NCBI GenBank assembly: GCA_040357565.1
Contig: JBDODJ010000003.1
Strand: one strand, 5' to 3'
DNA length: 64,000 nt
Origin: Cercozoa sp. M6MM
Taxonomy: Eukaryota > Protista > Endomyxa: Ascetosporea
Part shown: positions 27,563 to 40,024 of the stretch, one piece after another
Layout: the number at the start of each line of letters is the position of its first letter
Numbering within the stretch: position 1 is the first letter of the stretch
The notes under the pieces: model-generated
The model's input: only the letters and a program-made list of their open reading frames with translations
Told to the model about the DNA's origin: nothing
Databases searched by the model: none
Program-made: the position numbers and the translations under genes

Positions 27563-27626
27563 TCTAATTGACGACTTACTTCTTTTATTTAGTTCTTTTC
27601 ACTGACAACCGTCAGTAACAGGTATC
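27563..27626 (+). repeat. Degenerate dispersed intergenic repeat (partner at 39752-39811)
   Basis: TCTAATTGACGACTTACTTCTTTTATTTAGTTCTTTTCA vs TCTAACTGACGTTTTACTTCCTTTATTTAGTCGTCTTCA: 32/39 identical, with further similarity downstream. Confidence 0.6.
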
Positions 27627-27793
27627 TAAGTAAATGATACAGTAGAGTTTACTAACCGGACTCCTTTTCGGGGTCGGTGGACCGGACTATCAATGTTTCG
27701 CACTTATCGTTACAAGAAACGCCGAAATGTGCTGCCTCAAAACTGAAACTCCTCGAACTAGCTTGAGATAAACTGTGTAGTGTGTACTCTGTG

Positions 27794-27867
27794 ACTCTGT
27801 CGTGTTCCTCGATATACTGTACTCTCTCGACACTCTGTCGTGTTCCTCGATATACTGTACTCTCTCG
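27794..27867 (+). repeat. Direct tandem duplication (38-bp period, 2 copies) just upstream of a secreted-protein gene
   Basis: ACTCTGTCGTGTTCCTCGATATACTGTACTCTCTCG occurs at 27794 and 27832. Confidence 0.9.
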
Positions 27868-27921
27868 CACTTGAGCTATTTTGCATTTTCACACTCCGTC
27901 ATTCGTAGAACCTGAAAAATC

Positions 27922-28647
27922 ATGAAGCTTCTACTATCCGCTCTGCTGCTTGGAATTGCCGTCGCGACATCGCACGGAAGTTATGCCGGCTACGCCGGTG
28001 ATTACAGTGCCAAAGCTGACGCCGAAATCAAGAAGCTACAACTTGACACGAGTGACATTTCCAAGCAGCTCGGAAACTACGAAAAAATCGTCGAACAGCA
28101 GCTTCGTGATCTGGCCATCAAAGCGGCGAAGCTGCGCGCACAGACGGACAAACTAATTCGCAAGGTAGTTCCTAGAACGACCACCGCCACCGAAAGTAGC
28201 ACAACGTCGGCGACTGAAACAAGTGCAACGTCGGTGACTGAAACAACAACGTCGGCGACTGAAACAAGCACGAGCACAATGCCTCAGCCGCCAATGACGA
28301 GCACAACGCTCCAGCCGTCAATGACGACCACAACGCCTCCAACAGATATTCCATATCTGCCGTGCGATCCAAGGTATGCAACTGTACTCTTCTGAGGTTC
28401 TATTCTCAGCCTGGTGCGGTTTTCTTGCAGCGATCCGGCGACGACGTGTCCAAGTGGAACTTGTCAATCTGCCTTCGACTGCGTATATCAGACTTCGACT
28501 GGGGGTATCACAGACGTTTTAGCAGGTGTCTGTGTCCCTACTGCGTTGAACCTCGGAAGCGGAGCTCCGTGTATGTGCAACAACGACTGTTCTTCGGGAC
28601 TGATGTGTATTGAGAATGCTGCCGGTACTATGCGAACTTGCAGCTAG
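27922..28647 (+). CDS. Secreted protein: signal peptide, coiled coil, Thr/Ser mucin-like stalk, Cys-rich C-terminal module
   Basis: Signal MKLLLSALLLGIAVATS and SATETS repeats. One intron (28373-28430) joins to ...CPSGTCQSAFDC...GAPCMCNNDCSSGLMC...TCS*. Confidence 0.8.
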
Positions 28648-28881
28648 GCCGCAACCTGAAACGCAGGAAAATCAACAGTTCAGAGTTTCAGTTCACTATC
28701 TTCAGTTACAGTGCAGTATCTGGTGTGTGCCTCCAGTGCATGCAATATTATTGTGGGTGCAATGTGAAGTCCCAGCTCATGGCTTCTACAATCCGGTTCG
28801 ATACAATACATACATCCGTGTATCTACTATCCAACCGTTAATAGATAGTCAGGTCTAACGTAAATAACTGTGATTAGTGCT

Positions 28882-30834
28882 TCAGTTGCGTTTGCTTCGC
28901 GTTAGTAAAGCGCGCCAATGTGCAGCTAGAGCCAAATGGCGGGCATAGGCGCCATGGTTGAAGCGCATCGGACATGTGGCACACGGATAGTCTTTAGTCC
29001 AAAAGGGTTCGAACCAAAAGTTCACGGCAACGTTGCGTTCGAGTGCGTCCACTTCCGTTGGCGCCGAGATCACCTGGATAGATACTCGTGAATAACTGAT
29101 AGTACAGATCCACAGAAGGTACAGTACCTCGTGCCACCAGAAAGCAGGCATGTAGAGTGCATCGCCACTCCTGACCTCGCACCTGACCTCTCTCAGACGA
29201 GCCTTTTGGAGTGACTCGCCGAGTTTCGCATTGATTTCGTTGTCTTCTTCTGCCCAGACAGGATACTCTTTTTCGCTCAGGATTTAGCAGTACAAAATAT
29301 TACGATATGGTACCAAGGAGTTCAAAGAGACTCGAGTCGTCCAGTTGCACAGGTGACATCACGAGAGCGAGCGACTCTTGCAGTTGCGCAGCACTACGTC
29401 GGAATTTCACTGCCTTGTCACTTGCGGTGTTGATCTCCATCTGGGCCTCTTGCAGGTAGCCTTCGCCGAAAGCTTCGTTGTCATGCGGGTGGTACATTCT
29501 ACAGGAGCACTCTTTCACTCAAGGCTGTCCGGTACATCATTTTACCTGAGTGTCTTGGTGCCCTGCAGTACTGTGAGCACATTCTCAAACGCATCAAAGT
29601 GCAGTTTCCCAATTGTATGACCACCCGAGATCCACACGTTCTTGTGCCGCAAGTTCTGCTCTCCCAGGACACTCAGAACTGCGTCGTAAACCGGCGCATC
29701 CTTGAGCACATTCGCGAATTGCCTATCGACATGTCAAAGTAAAAGCTTAGCTTGAGTCATTTCTTTCAAGTTTAACTGATTTTAAAGGCTAAGTATACCT
29801 CAAAGATGTGTATTCCAAGTAGTAGGAAGCATCGACGTCATTCAAACGAGACAGAAACTCGTCAAAGCTGAGGTCCAAAGATGCCGCTCTGACGACAACA
29901 AGTTCCGGATGGTTCAGGTGCTTTTTTACCTAACAACAACACAAACTGAATCAAAGCAGATGCTGTAAAATTGATACGAAGCAAGTACCATATCGGGTAT
30001 ACTTGGACTTTCGTTGGTCCACCTGGACATGGACTCGACGCCCTCGAACCAGCCCATACCGCTGTCGGTGCGATGACCTACCTTGACGTGCACCGTGTCA
30101 TTACCGAAAACTCGCAAGTCGTGCCATTTTTGCATCGCTGGCCAGACTTGGGCAGCGTTGCGTACCACGAAGGGCGCGCCCTGTGCCACGCGAGAAGCAA
30201 ACACTGTCGGTGACGGCCATTCGTCGAACTCGTCGCACCAGTCAAACAGTTCATTCTCCTCAATCTGCTGGATCGTTGGAGACTCGAACCGCAGGTTTTT
30301 GAGTCGCTCAAACCTCTCTTCGGCGACAAAGTTTTGCCGCTCTGCGCTGCGAAGCATCTCGTGTCGCTGCTTTCGAATAAAGCGACCCAACTCGCTGACT
30401 GTGCCACTGTTGGTGCGATGTGTCTGACACGCCTCATTCACGGTTTCCAATGGCGTTGCTTCCAGGACTCTGCAGGAAGCTGATCGAGTCTGTGGTGTCA
30501 AGAGACACTGCGGCACCACTGACACGCGCTCGAACACGCAAACTTCGGCGTCTTCGTCGAGTTTGTCACGGTGCAACGAGACATGTTCCTACACACAGTA
30601 TAGACTATTTAATTTAGGTGCCCCTCAGGAACCCTGTAAACATCAGAGTCAGCAAACCTCGTCAGCAAAAATGCGCTGCAAGCGTTTGAACTCGTCTTGA
30701 GCGATCGCGAACTCGGAAAACACAACGTCACAGTTCTCGTTCAGCGAGAGATCAACGTTCCAGGTCGGCTCCAGGAAGGCTCCACATCTCTGTATTCCGA
30801 TAGAGACAGCTAAAAGCACACTGAGTGCAAACAT
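28882..30834 (-). CDS. JmjC/cupin-like 2OG-dependent hydroxylase (JMJD7/JMJD8/TYW5-like clade) with predicted signal peptide
   Basis: Motifs GAPFVVRNAAQVWPAMQKW, NVWISGGHTIGKLHFDAFENVLTVLQGTK (HxD), EVRSGDALYMPAFWWHEV (distal His) and NVAVNFWF. N-terminus MFALSVLLAVSIGIQRCGA. Confidence 0.85.
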
Positions 30835-30986
30835 TAGTGTGCAACCTATCTTTCACGTGCTCAGAGCTATCCAGTGATCTAATTAGACCGCAGTCCAAGA
30901 TCTCATGTAGCCAGTTTGAAGTGTCTTGAACACAAAGCAGGTTAGAGCATCTTTATTGCAAATTGTTTTCACTCTAAATTGCAGAT

Positions 30987-31532
30987 ATGAGCGTTGTCTA
31001 CGAAGTTAATCTCGAGATGTACTGTTTTTCTCATTTCGTTCATCGATTGGCGGTATGTTGTCGTTTCGTTCGATTGGCAGTGACGCCGATACGGCAGATG
31101 CTTTTCGCAAGTGGTTGTGCGAAGGCCATATTCAGGTATACTGAGCCAATTTTACAGGGATTTGCGCTGGGACCTCGTGTGCTTAGGAGATGCTTGAACT
31201 CGACGGCTTTCAGTCGGCACGTCTGGACTCTTGCGAGCTGCTGTACTTTCATTTCTAGTTGCACGAACTTTTTCTGACCCATATTCAACAAGGCAGAGGC
31301 AAAGAGACGGACAAAGTGCTGCTTCGCGTGCAGTATACAGTTGCCTCGCGCGAGCAGCTCGAGAGCTACTTCAACGAAGGTGCCAAAAAGGTACAACTGA
31401 AGCTGTTTCGTGATCAAAGCAATCCCGACTTCTTATGTTGTGAGTGCTCAGATGCGCAGTTCTGGCATTCAACTCTTTGAAGGCAAGTTCACTGCGTGGC
31501 GCCGTGTGCTGGAGCCGCAGCAGCAATTCTAA
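30987..31532 (+). CDS. DUF4286-family protein (5 exons)
   Basis: Spliced product MSVVYEVNLEIDADTADAFRKWLCEGHIQEMLELDGFQSARL...LRVQYTVASREQLESYFNEGAKKMRSSGIQLFEGKFTAWRRVLE matches the DUF4286 pattern (YxV...W...HIxEML..GF.SA...VQY...L..Y....A..R..G...F..KF.A.RR.L). Confidence 0.75.
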
Positions 31533-31763
31533 TACCATCAAATTCGTACTCGACGGCGACGGGGTACATCGATCCCGCCTCGTACCGTACACGACAGTCG
31601 AGGAGATCGGAAGCGGTGAGTTTAAACCAGTAAATTAAAATGTACGAGCATTGCTGCAGCTGTACTGTATACGTAAATACTTTAAGTCAGCACACTGCAG
31701 CTGTAATTATTGTTCATGCCTTGTATACATGGTACATGACATCCTAGTGCAGTAGCACCGAAG

Positions 31764-32442
31764 CTAAGCTTTTCTGCCTTTCTTCCTTTTGTTCTTCTTG
31801 CTGCTTGATGGGTCGTCTTGCTTCTCGGCACCGGGGCTCTCTTGCTGATGCAGCCGGATCGCCTGTCGTGCCATCTCACGAATGTCTAGACGGAGGGCAA
31901 TAAAGTAGGCCTGAGTACTCACGATAAAACAGGTCAAACAGGAGAGTACGTCTGAATCTGGCCGGTCCTAGTGAGACACCACCGTACCATCGCGCAACAA
32001 CAACGACAGTGTCGAGTGCGTCACTTTTGGTCAGTTGCTCCGACATCACACGCCATGCACCTTTCTCGCCATCATCGTCGCCGCCAATTTCCTCGCCCTG
32101 CACACCATATTTGTTGCAGCATCGATACACGCCAAAACAGAAAGATTCAATGCGACAGCAGCAAGCCGAAACGCCATGCAGCGGTGCGTGGCATTGGCAA
32201 TGCGCTTGTCGTCTTGACACAGCGCCTGCACGAACCGCTCTGCCTCGGCACGACTCCTGGCCGGCGCGCAAAACCCTGACGAGAAAGGCAACCACTGAAC
32301 ATAAGTAAGAGAACACAAAGTCTCAGTAGCGCAAACCCTGAAAGACGGACTTGCGATCTTCGACGGTCTCTGTCAAAACCGAAGACGCGCTGAAACGACT
32401 TGCATTCACGCGCCTTATGCGCGGCGCTAACCACGCGATCAT
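31764..32442 (-). CDS. IMPACT/YigZ (UPF0029) domain protein, no RWD domain
   Basis: Motifs EDRKSVFQG, KRIANATHRCMAFR, DDDGEKGA and VVVVARWYGGVSLGPARFR|HIREMARQAI. Confidence 0.88.
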
Positions 32443-32612
32443 TACACAGCGTAAAGGCACACACAATCAGGTAGTCGTATGTCTCTAAACACGTGACTCA
32501 AAGTCAAGATGTTTCAGAATTTTTACCGTACTAAAAGCGCGCAGGGACATACAATTGTACAACACGACAGCGCAAAAGCTATGCAGAGCCATTAACTGAA
32601 GCGAGGGCAACT

Positions 32613-33635
32613 CTAGTAGCCGATGCGCGCATTGCCGTCCTTGTCGGCCCGAGCAGCGGCATCGGTATCGGCGTCGATGTGTTCGGCCAAAAAGTCGGCC
32701 AGCAGCGCGTCCATGTGGCGACGCTGAAGGCAGGGTAACAACATGCAGGAGGGGGAGGCAAGGCAAATGGGGAAGGAGTACAGACGGAATGGCGTGGTCC
32801 TCGTTGGTGTAGAAGAAACTGTTGAACTGCACGTTGGCGGCCACGAGTTTCTCGGCGAGACTACAGGAGTACACATTCATTATCGACATAAAGTTACTTA
32901 ATTTATCTACATATATCTAGATCAATATCTATATATACATATACTTTATTTATCTTATATATACATATATATATATATATATATCATGGGTGTAAAGGTG
33001 GTACAGAGCGGCGTGCTGGAAGTGCACGTTGTCGTCGGCAGTGCCGTGAATGAGCAGGTAGTTCTTGCCGCGGAAGCCCTCGATCATGTTGGGCGTCATG
33101 ACCGACGTTGCATCGTAGCCGTCCTTGTTCTCGCCCTGCGCCGGCAGCTGCATGTAACGCTCCGTGTACACCGAGTCGTACAGACGCCAGTCCGTCACTG
33201 CACCATCGGGATGGGGGGGGGGGGGGGGGTAAAGGGGCGAAGAGGTAACATAGGCTTTACCAGGTGCGCCAGCGATAGTGGCGTCGTACACGTCGTCCAC
33301 ATCAATGGCCGTGACACGCGACTGGTGTTAATTAAGGGTGCACACGTCGGTCCTAACCTGGGTTCAGTCCGAACAAGAGGTACCGCCATAAAGCCGCCGA
33401 ACGAGTGACCGAACAGCGCCAGTTTGCGCACGCGCAGGTTGTCGCGCAGCCACTTGCCAAACGTGACCTACAGTGACATGACGGCGAGTGACAGGCTTGA
33501 CTGACGGTGCACGTGCACTGATCAAGGATCACTTGGTACCAGATCCTCGGCCTCCATCTCGCCCAGACGCAGCACCGTCTGCTTCAGGAAATCCACGGTG
33601 CGACCGCCCGTGCCGCGACCGTCCTGGGGGGATAC

Positions 33636-33683
<48 letters not shown>

Positions 33684-33693
33684 NNNNNNNNNN

Positions 33694-33750
<57 letters not shown>

Positions 33751-36700
33751 GGGGGGGGTAAGGCACCACACAGGCGACTACGACGCCGCGCGAGGCGAGC
33801 CACGCGTCGCGGCCGAGCGTCAGCTGCGTGTGGCAGCGCTGCGAGTTCGGACCTACCCAACGCACACTTAATCACAAGCAGCTGCACTCTTAACTACCGG
33901 TACGAATGGACAGAACAACGGTACCGCCATAGATGTGCACAAAGACCGGCCAGCCGCCCTGCTTGTTGGCGAACTTTTCGTAGAACGGCGGCAGCAGCAG
34001 CGAGCCTGAACAGACGCGTGTGTTTATTTATACGTGTGGTCACCCGACTAAGTTTTGGCTACCGTGCAGACTGACACCGTCCTCCAGTGGCACCTACGGT
34101 TGCACGTGTATAATCGCACACATGCCAACTGACAACTGCAAAAGCGATCGATCACACCTCGATGAATTGACGTGTCGGCATTTCGAGCTTTCGCTCCTTG
34201 AGTGCCGACTTGAGCTGCGCGAATATTCAGTATTTGTGAACGCTTTTTGTATTTGTCTGGCGACAGGAAAATACGAGAAAGTTTGTACCTCGGCATTGTC
34301 GCGCAGCACCTGCTTGGTCGACTTGGTAACCGTCTCGACAATATCCGTGTAGGGCAGCACGACGCCATTCTGCGCGCCGCGCGACTGTCGCAAGAAGAAA
34401 CGTCCGCGCGGAGCAAAGTTCACCGACTGCCACTCGTCAGTCCTGCGGTAGGCAGGTATACACTGGACTGGACTGGCAAGGGGTATAACTGCTGATACAC
34501 GTCGTCGTTGAACGGTAGCAGCTGCGCGAACTCGCCGGACGAAACGTCGAACTGAACCGAGTGCAGCAGTTTGGTGCGCGACATTGGTTGCGACAGCATG
34601 TGCACCGTCACCTGTGAGTGTGACATGTGTCAACCCGTCAGTCAAACCGTAACGTACAGTCACAGCTGGTCAGATGGTACGATATCATCGGTGCGTTGCA
34701 CGGCGACGATGTTGCCGACGTTGAAGGTGGCACTCGTGACGACCTGCGTTTTTTTATTTTGCCCGCGAGAGGAATATACAGAAAAAAGGTGTACACGACG
34801 GTTGCCGTTCATGTCCCAGCTAACTAGCTGCGCGTACTGCGCCGCCTCCTCCGAGGCGACCTCATCGGCAGACACCTATAAAACCAGGGTAGGATGGGGG
34901 TAGGTAGGTAGACAGGTAGGTAGGTAGACATGGTAGGTAGGTAGGTAGGTAGATAGGTAGGTAGGTAGGTAGGCAGATAGGTAGGGCAGGACGGGGTACA
35001 TCATCCACATCGAGAACGAGACCGTCGACGAAGAAAGCACGCGAAGTTTCGATCCAGCGAGCGTTGTTGCGTTTGAACAGCGCCGCGTCGTCGCCGCCGA
35101 TCGTGGCGACGCACAGGTCTACAGGAGAAAGGCAGGGTTAAGAGAGGTAAAGGGTGAGAGGGGGAAGGGTTTAGAGAAGTAAAGGGTGAGAGAGGGGGTA
35201 AAGCAACGTACCAGTGTCCACATCGAGCGTGAGCAAAAAGTTGCGCTCGTTGCGCTGCTTGCGATCCAGCGTGCGCACAAAGAGTCGACCTACAAGCCAC
35301 CGCACATTTAACCAGTCCACATGGTCGTCCACATGGTAGTTCAAATGGTAGTTCAAATGGTAGTCCACAAGGTTGTCCAAATGTACCGTCCTCCAGGAAG
35401 GTGACCTGCGTCGGGTAACTACACGTCGTGTCGCGCTCCTCACCGCTGCGCAGATTGATCTGGGAGGGGGGTAAGAGGTAAAGGGGGCAGAGTAGGGGTG
35501 GAACAAGCCCTACCGCGCCAGTGTCGTCGCACGGTAGCGTCACATCGACAGTGTTGCCGCACTGCGGTCCAAAAATAGCCACCCGTAGTCCAACTTTACT
35601 TAAAGGGAAGGTTAAATCGATACAGTGAGATGCAGACGCAGACGCCAGTCCGGGTTACGCTCACCAGCCTTCGGGTACGGCACCTGGACAAAACCGCATG
35701 TTTGTAGATGGACCGAACATTGGAGGTACATCTGTACCTGAACGGTGGACACGTAGGGCGCTTCGAACTCGGTCATGTCGAAGAAGGGCACGTCTACATG
35801 GACGGCGGGGGGGGGGGGTAAATGGGTAAAGATTGTTAAAAACGTAGAGGCTACGGCTCTCATCCGAGTGCAGGAATGCGAGGACCTGCGAGTCGGGCGA
35901 CCACCTGTCCATTTGGACACATGTTAGTACACTCAGTGCTCTTCAGAAATATAGAGTACCACATGGCAGACGACTCGCCAAAGATTTCCTCCTCAAAGAC
36001 CCAGTTGTGCACACCTAAGGTGAAGGCATGGAGGGTGCAAAGGGACAAGAGAGCCAAGGGACAAGAGAGGGCAGGAGGTAAACAAGGTACCGTTCATGAC
36101 ACCCGGCTTGGCGTCGTTTGTGACACGCACAGCGGCACCTGATTATTTGTCCAAGCAGTACAGTCCAACAGTACGGTCCAAAGAGGACACAATAGTGTAC
36201 AGGTGGACAGGTACCATGCTGCGTGTTGCCACGCTCAAGCACGTCGTCCGAGTCGACGACGAAAACGTCGCCCTCGCTGACGTAGGCCACCTTGGCACTG
36301 TTTGGCGAGAAGGCCACCACCTGTTGACGCGTGCCGGCACTCAGATAAGCCTGCTTGCTGCCTTGCACCTAAAGGATAGGAGATAAGGTAAAGAAAGTGG
36401 GGAGGGAGGTAGAGCTTAAAGCAGTGTATACCAGCGCGTGCTGCGCCGAGTACGAGTGGCGCCACTGCTTCTGCTCGTCGCTCGCAACCAATGTGAAAGC
36501 AGCATCCGGCGAAACAAAGTAGCGCTACAAAAGGAAGCCCAAAAGAAATGAAAACCCGAAGAATAAGCCGCAAAACGCTTATTTTACATTGTAGTGTCCA
36601 AACTCGGCACGAGCACTCTCGCCATCAACGATCTTGTCTGACTCTTCAGTTTCGACATCGTAGCTGCGAAGTCATCAAAATAACTCAACTCTTAGCACTT

Positions 36701-37077
36701 AAAAACGAAAGTTACCGCGAAATATCGCCTGTAGCAGCGTCAAGAATTCCGTAACTTTCACCATCACCGAGCCAGTAGACCTACACATCCGCGCGGATGT
36801 CTGTTTCAACCGATCTGCCGGAAAAGCAGCTTACTGAAGCGTATTTGGCGCTGAACCACCCGGAGTACACTTCATCAAAGGTCACTCTGCGCAAATCGCA
36901 TCGCTATGAAACAACAGACAGCCGTTGTTTTTTATCTGTTTACCGACGGAACTCATCATCGCGCACAGAGTCTACGATCGCTGCGATCACGAACACTGCT
37001 GCAGTGAGGCCAATAGCGGATCCAATTCCAAACCAGGTGCTGCGCATGCTGCCAGCACCGCTGCTGCCCGCCTCCAT
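32613..37077 (-). CDS. Dipeptidyl peptidase IV family (S9B) type II membrane protease
   Basis: N-terminal TM (GIGSAIGLTAAVFVIAAIV). Motifs NWVFEEEIFG, WSPDS and YPKAGERNP. Catalytic triad motifs GHSFGG, LIHGTADDNVHFQ and YTNEDHAI, plus APVTDWRLYDSVYTERYM. Confidence 0.93.
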
Positions 37078-37307
37078 TTTTGTGCGAATGCAGAGGGTGT
37101 GCTAAAGTGCTCCTCTAGTGCAATCGCTATAATATGCGGCTAATCCGCTACAGGATAGCACAGGTGCGTCTTTAGTGCTGCTGTCAACACCGGAATAAAA
37201 CCGACTTGATAAACAAAACAGAAAAAGTGCTCTCCAGCCCGTAATCTAGAGGACGCACGTTGTGTCGACGCGTCATAGTGATCCCGAAGTGACAGACAAC
37301 GCGCGAG

Positions 37308-39241
37308 ATGGCGAAATCGCCCGTGTCATACGACTCGCTGCAGCGCAATGAGGTTGGCCCCCCGGTCGTTCAGTCTCCCACCACTCGCGATTTCGCATAT
37401 CTCTCGCAGGTGCAGCTGACCGACGTCAATGTCGAGTACAGTGACACTGCACTGAGGTATTTCCAGTGTCTGTGTGTTTTTGGAGCACTCAATGCAGGTG
37501 TACGGTAGTCTGACTGACGATGAGCAAGATGGCCTGCTGCACGAGACACCAGTCTCGCCAGTCAGGGTTTCTGTCTTCAGTCTGAGAATAGTGGCAATAA
37601 CTCTGACTCTTTGTAGAGATCGAGCACTGGCAAGTCGGGCCTCCTGGCAGTTGTGTTGTGGTTTGTGTTCAACACGTCAATCTCCAATGTCAACAAGGTG
37701 CGTTCTCCTAAAGTGTCGCCTGTCCAGTACAGCACACGTTGTTTCATAGATCTTGATGGCTTCCCAAGAATTTAAGTTTCCTCTGACACTGACGTGCTGT
37801 CATATGGCGACGTGCTTTCTCATGGTTTACCCCTGTTAAAACCCCTGCCTTGTTATTCTATATGACATCTTGTGCTCAGTCGACGCTCAGTTTGACGACA
37901 GAGACGCCGTTGTTTGGCGGGTTTTCGTACCAGCGAACGCCTTCGGGCACGTACTGCCAATGTTATGAGTTCCTTTTCCTTTCCTTCTTTTACCCCCCCC
38001 CCCCCCCCCCCCCGTAGTGTGAGAATGCGCATCTTTGCATTGGCTGCCACGTTCGCTCTGTCTGTCGTGCTCGGTAACTACCATTTAGTGTCTGTGTAAC
38101 CTATGTTTAAGTTTGCTGAGTGTAGGCAACATTGGACTCAAGTACGTCTATCCTTCGTTTGCACAAATGATTGGCGCTGCCACGCCGATTGCCACTGTGT
38201 ACTACCAGTTCTATCCCGAGCCTACACCCGACCCTCTCCACCTATCCCCTATACACATGTACCCTCTGTGTGCAGTTTCTTGGCAGTGACAGTGCAAGGC
38301 AAAAGTTTTCACCGCAACGCCTACTTGGCATTGATTCCAGTCACTGTGGGTGCTGTCATGTGCGCTAAAATGGAGGTCAACTTTCATGTCGTTGGGTATG
38401 TGCGACCTCTAATCCTTCCGCACGGATGCTCCGATTATTGACGTGTGTGTCGACAGGTTTATTGCGCTGCTGGGTGCCCTGGCGACGCGTGCTCTCAAGT
38501 CAGTGCTCGGTAGGACACTGTGTTTGACCAGATTATTGGTAGTTAGCACGTGTGTTTTTGTTTGGACAGGCGACATCCTGCTGAGTGGCACCAACAAGGA
38601 CAATGAGGGGAAACTCGACTCGATGAATTTGCTCTACTACATGTCACAGTCGTCGGTACACGCGTTTCTCCCTTGTCAGTCTAAAATGACCGCCTCGACT
38701 GACCACACTTGTTGTCTGTGTGCAGGCAACGTTGCTGTTCGCGTTCGCCTTGTTTTTCGAAGTGCCGTCGCTCCTGTCGAGTGAAGAACTCTGGCTCAAA
38801 GGCACCTGGACTCCGGCTACAGACTGGCCCTCCTGGCTCATCTTGGTACAGTTAAACACCTACCAGTACAGATGCACCGCTATGCCTGGTTGTTTTAGTC
38901 ATCGTTGAACGCCTTCTTGTGCAACTTGACGAACTTTTTGGTGACGAAACATTTCTCAGCCGTCACTCTGCAGGTGTGTCCTTCTCTTTTAACGAGCATG
39001 CATGCGTGTGTACTCGTGCTGGATGGAGTAGGTACTGGGAGCATTCAAACTGTCGCTCGGCATCGCTGTGTCTCTCCTGGTGTTCCACAACGCCATCACA
39101 AAACTCGCTGCTCTCGGCGTCGTTCTTATCGTAGCAATGACTGCTATCTTTCTTTTTACTCTCATTATTGTTGGTTCTGTCGTGCAGGTCTTTGGTAGCT
39201 ACCAGTACGGCCGCTGGCGCAAGGTGGCTCCTTCCGCCTGA
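37308..39241 (+). CDS. Triose-phosphate/nucleotide-sugar transporter family (TPT/SLC35E-like)
   Basis: Motifs LWFVFNTSISNVNK..FKFPLTLT..HM, YLALIPVTVGAVM, ATRALKSVL, LDSMNLLYYM and NLTNFLVTKHFSAVTLQVLGAFK. Confidence 0.9.
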
Positions 39242-40024
39242 GCGAAAGAGATTCATCGGCCGCCGTACGCGTCCTTGCGCTTCAGCCCAGTGCATCGTTC
39301 AATTTGCTTGTTTCGTTGTTCGCCGCGCCGTTCGTTAATTATTTCACGCCTGGCCGTTCCTTTCTGTTACCGTACGGCATAGCGTTTCTCAACCAGTCAA
39401 GTTGTCATCTGACTACTCGTCAGCGCGGACGATCAAATCTGAACCAGTATGGTTAATAGTGAAGGATTTGTTTTGCTAGGTATCTCCTGCATTACATCCT
39501 TCTACCTTGCATTGTCAAGTGTTATGCAGACCTGACTTCCTAGCTTGGGTCAAGCTCTCTACAGCTCACGCACTTTGACTGCAGGTATCTCTTCTCCAGC
39601 TTCCTTCTACGGAGCTCTTGTCCCTTCGCACTTGATACGTTCTGCCGTGATAGTGCTTGGGCTGTTTTCTTTAAATTGCCATCAACAAGCCTTCGACCTT
39701 TCGACGACCTTTTACAAGGGTATGTCTTCTAATCCTCCGCGTCGACGCCATTCTAACTGACGTTTTACTTCCTTTATTTAGTCGTCTTCAAATACCTTAG
39801 TTACTGGTTTCCATACCGAAACATTTCGTTCAGATATTTTACTGATAAGGACTTGGCGGTCGATCGATTGGATTAAATGGCGTTTGAACGCGACTGGAAG
39901 GTTTGGGTTACCCGGACCGCAACTGTTTAATCGACTCGCCTCGCGATCGAACAAGGCAGTCAGAGTTTAAACTCCAAACCCGACTTCCAGTCGCCTAAAG
40001 CAAACTGTTTGCAAACTCAGAGAC

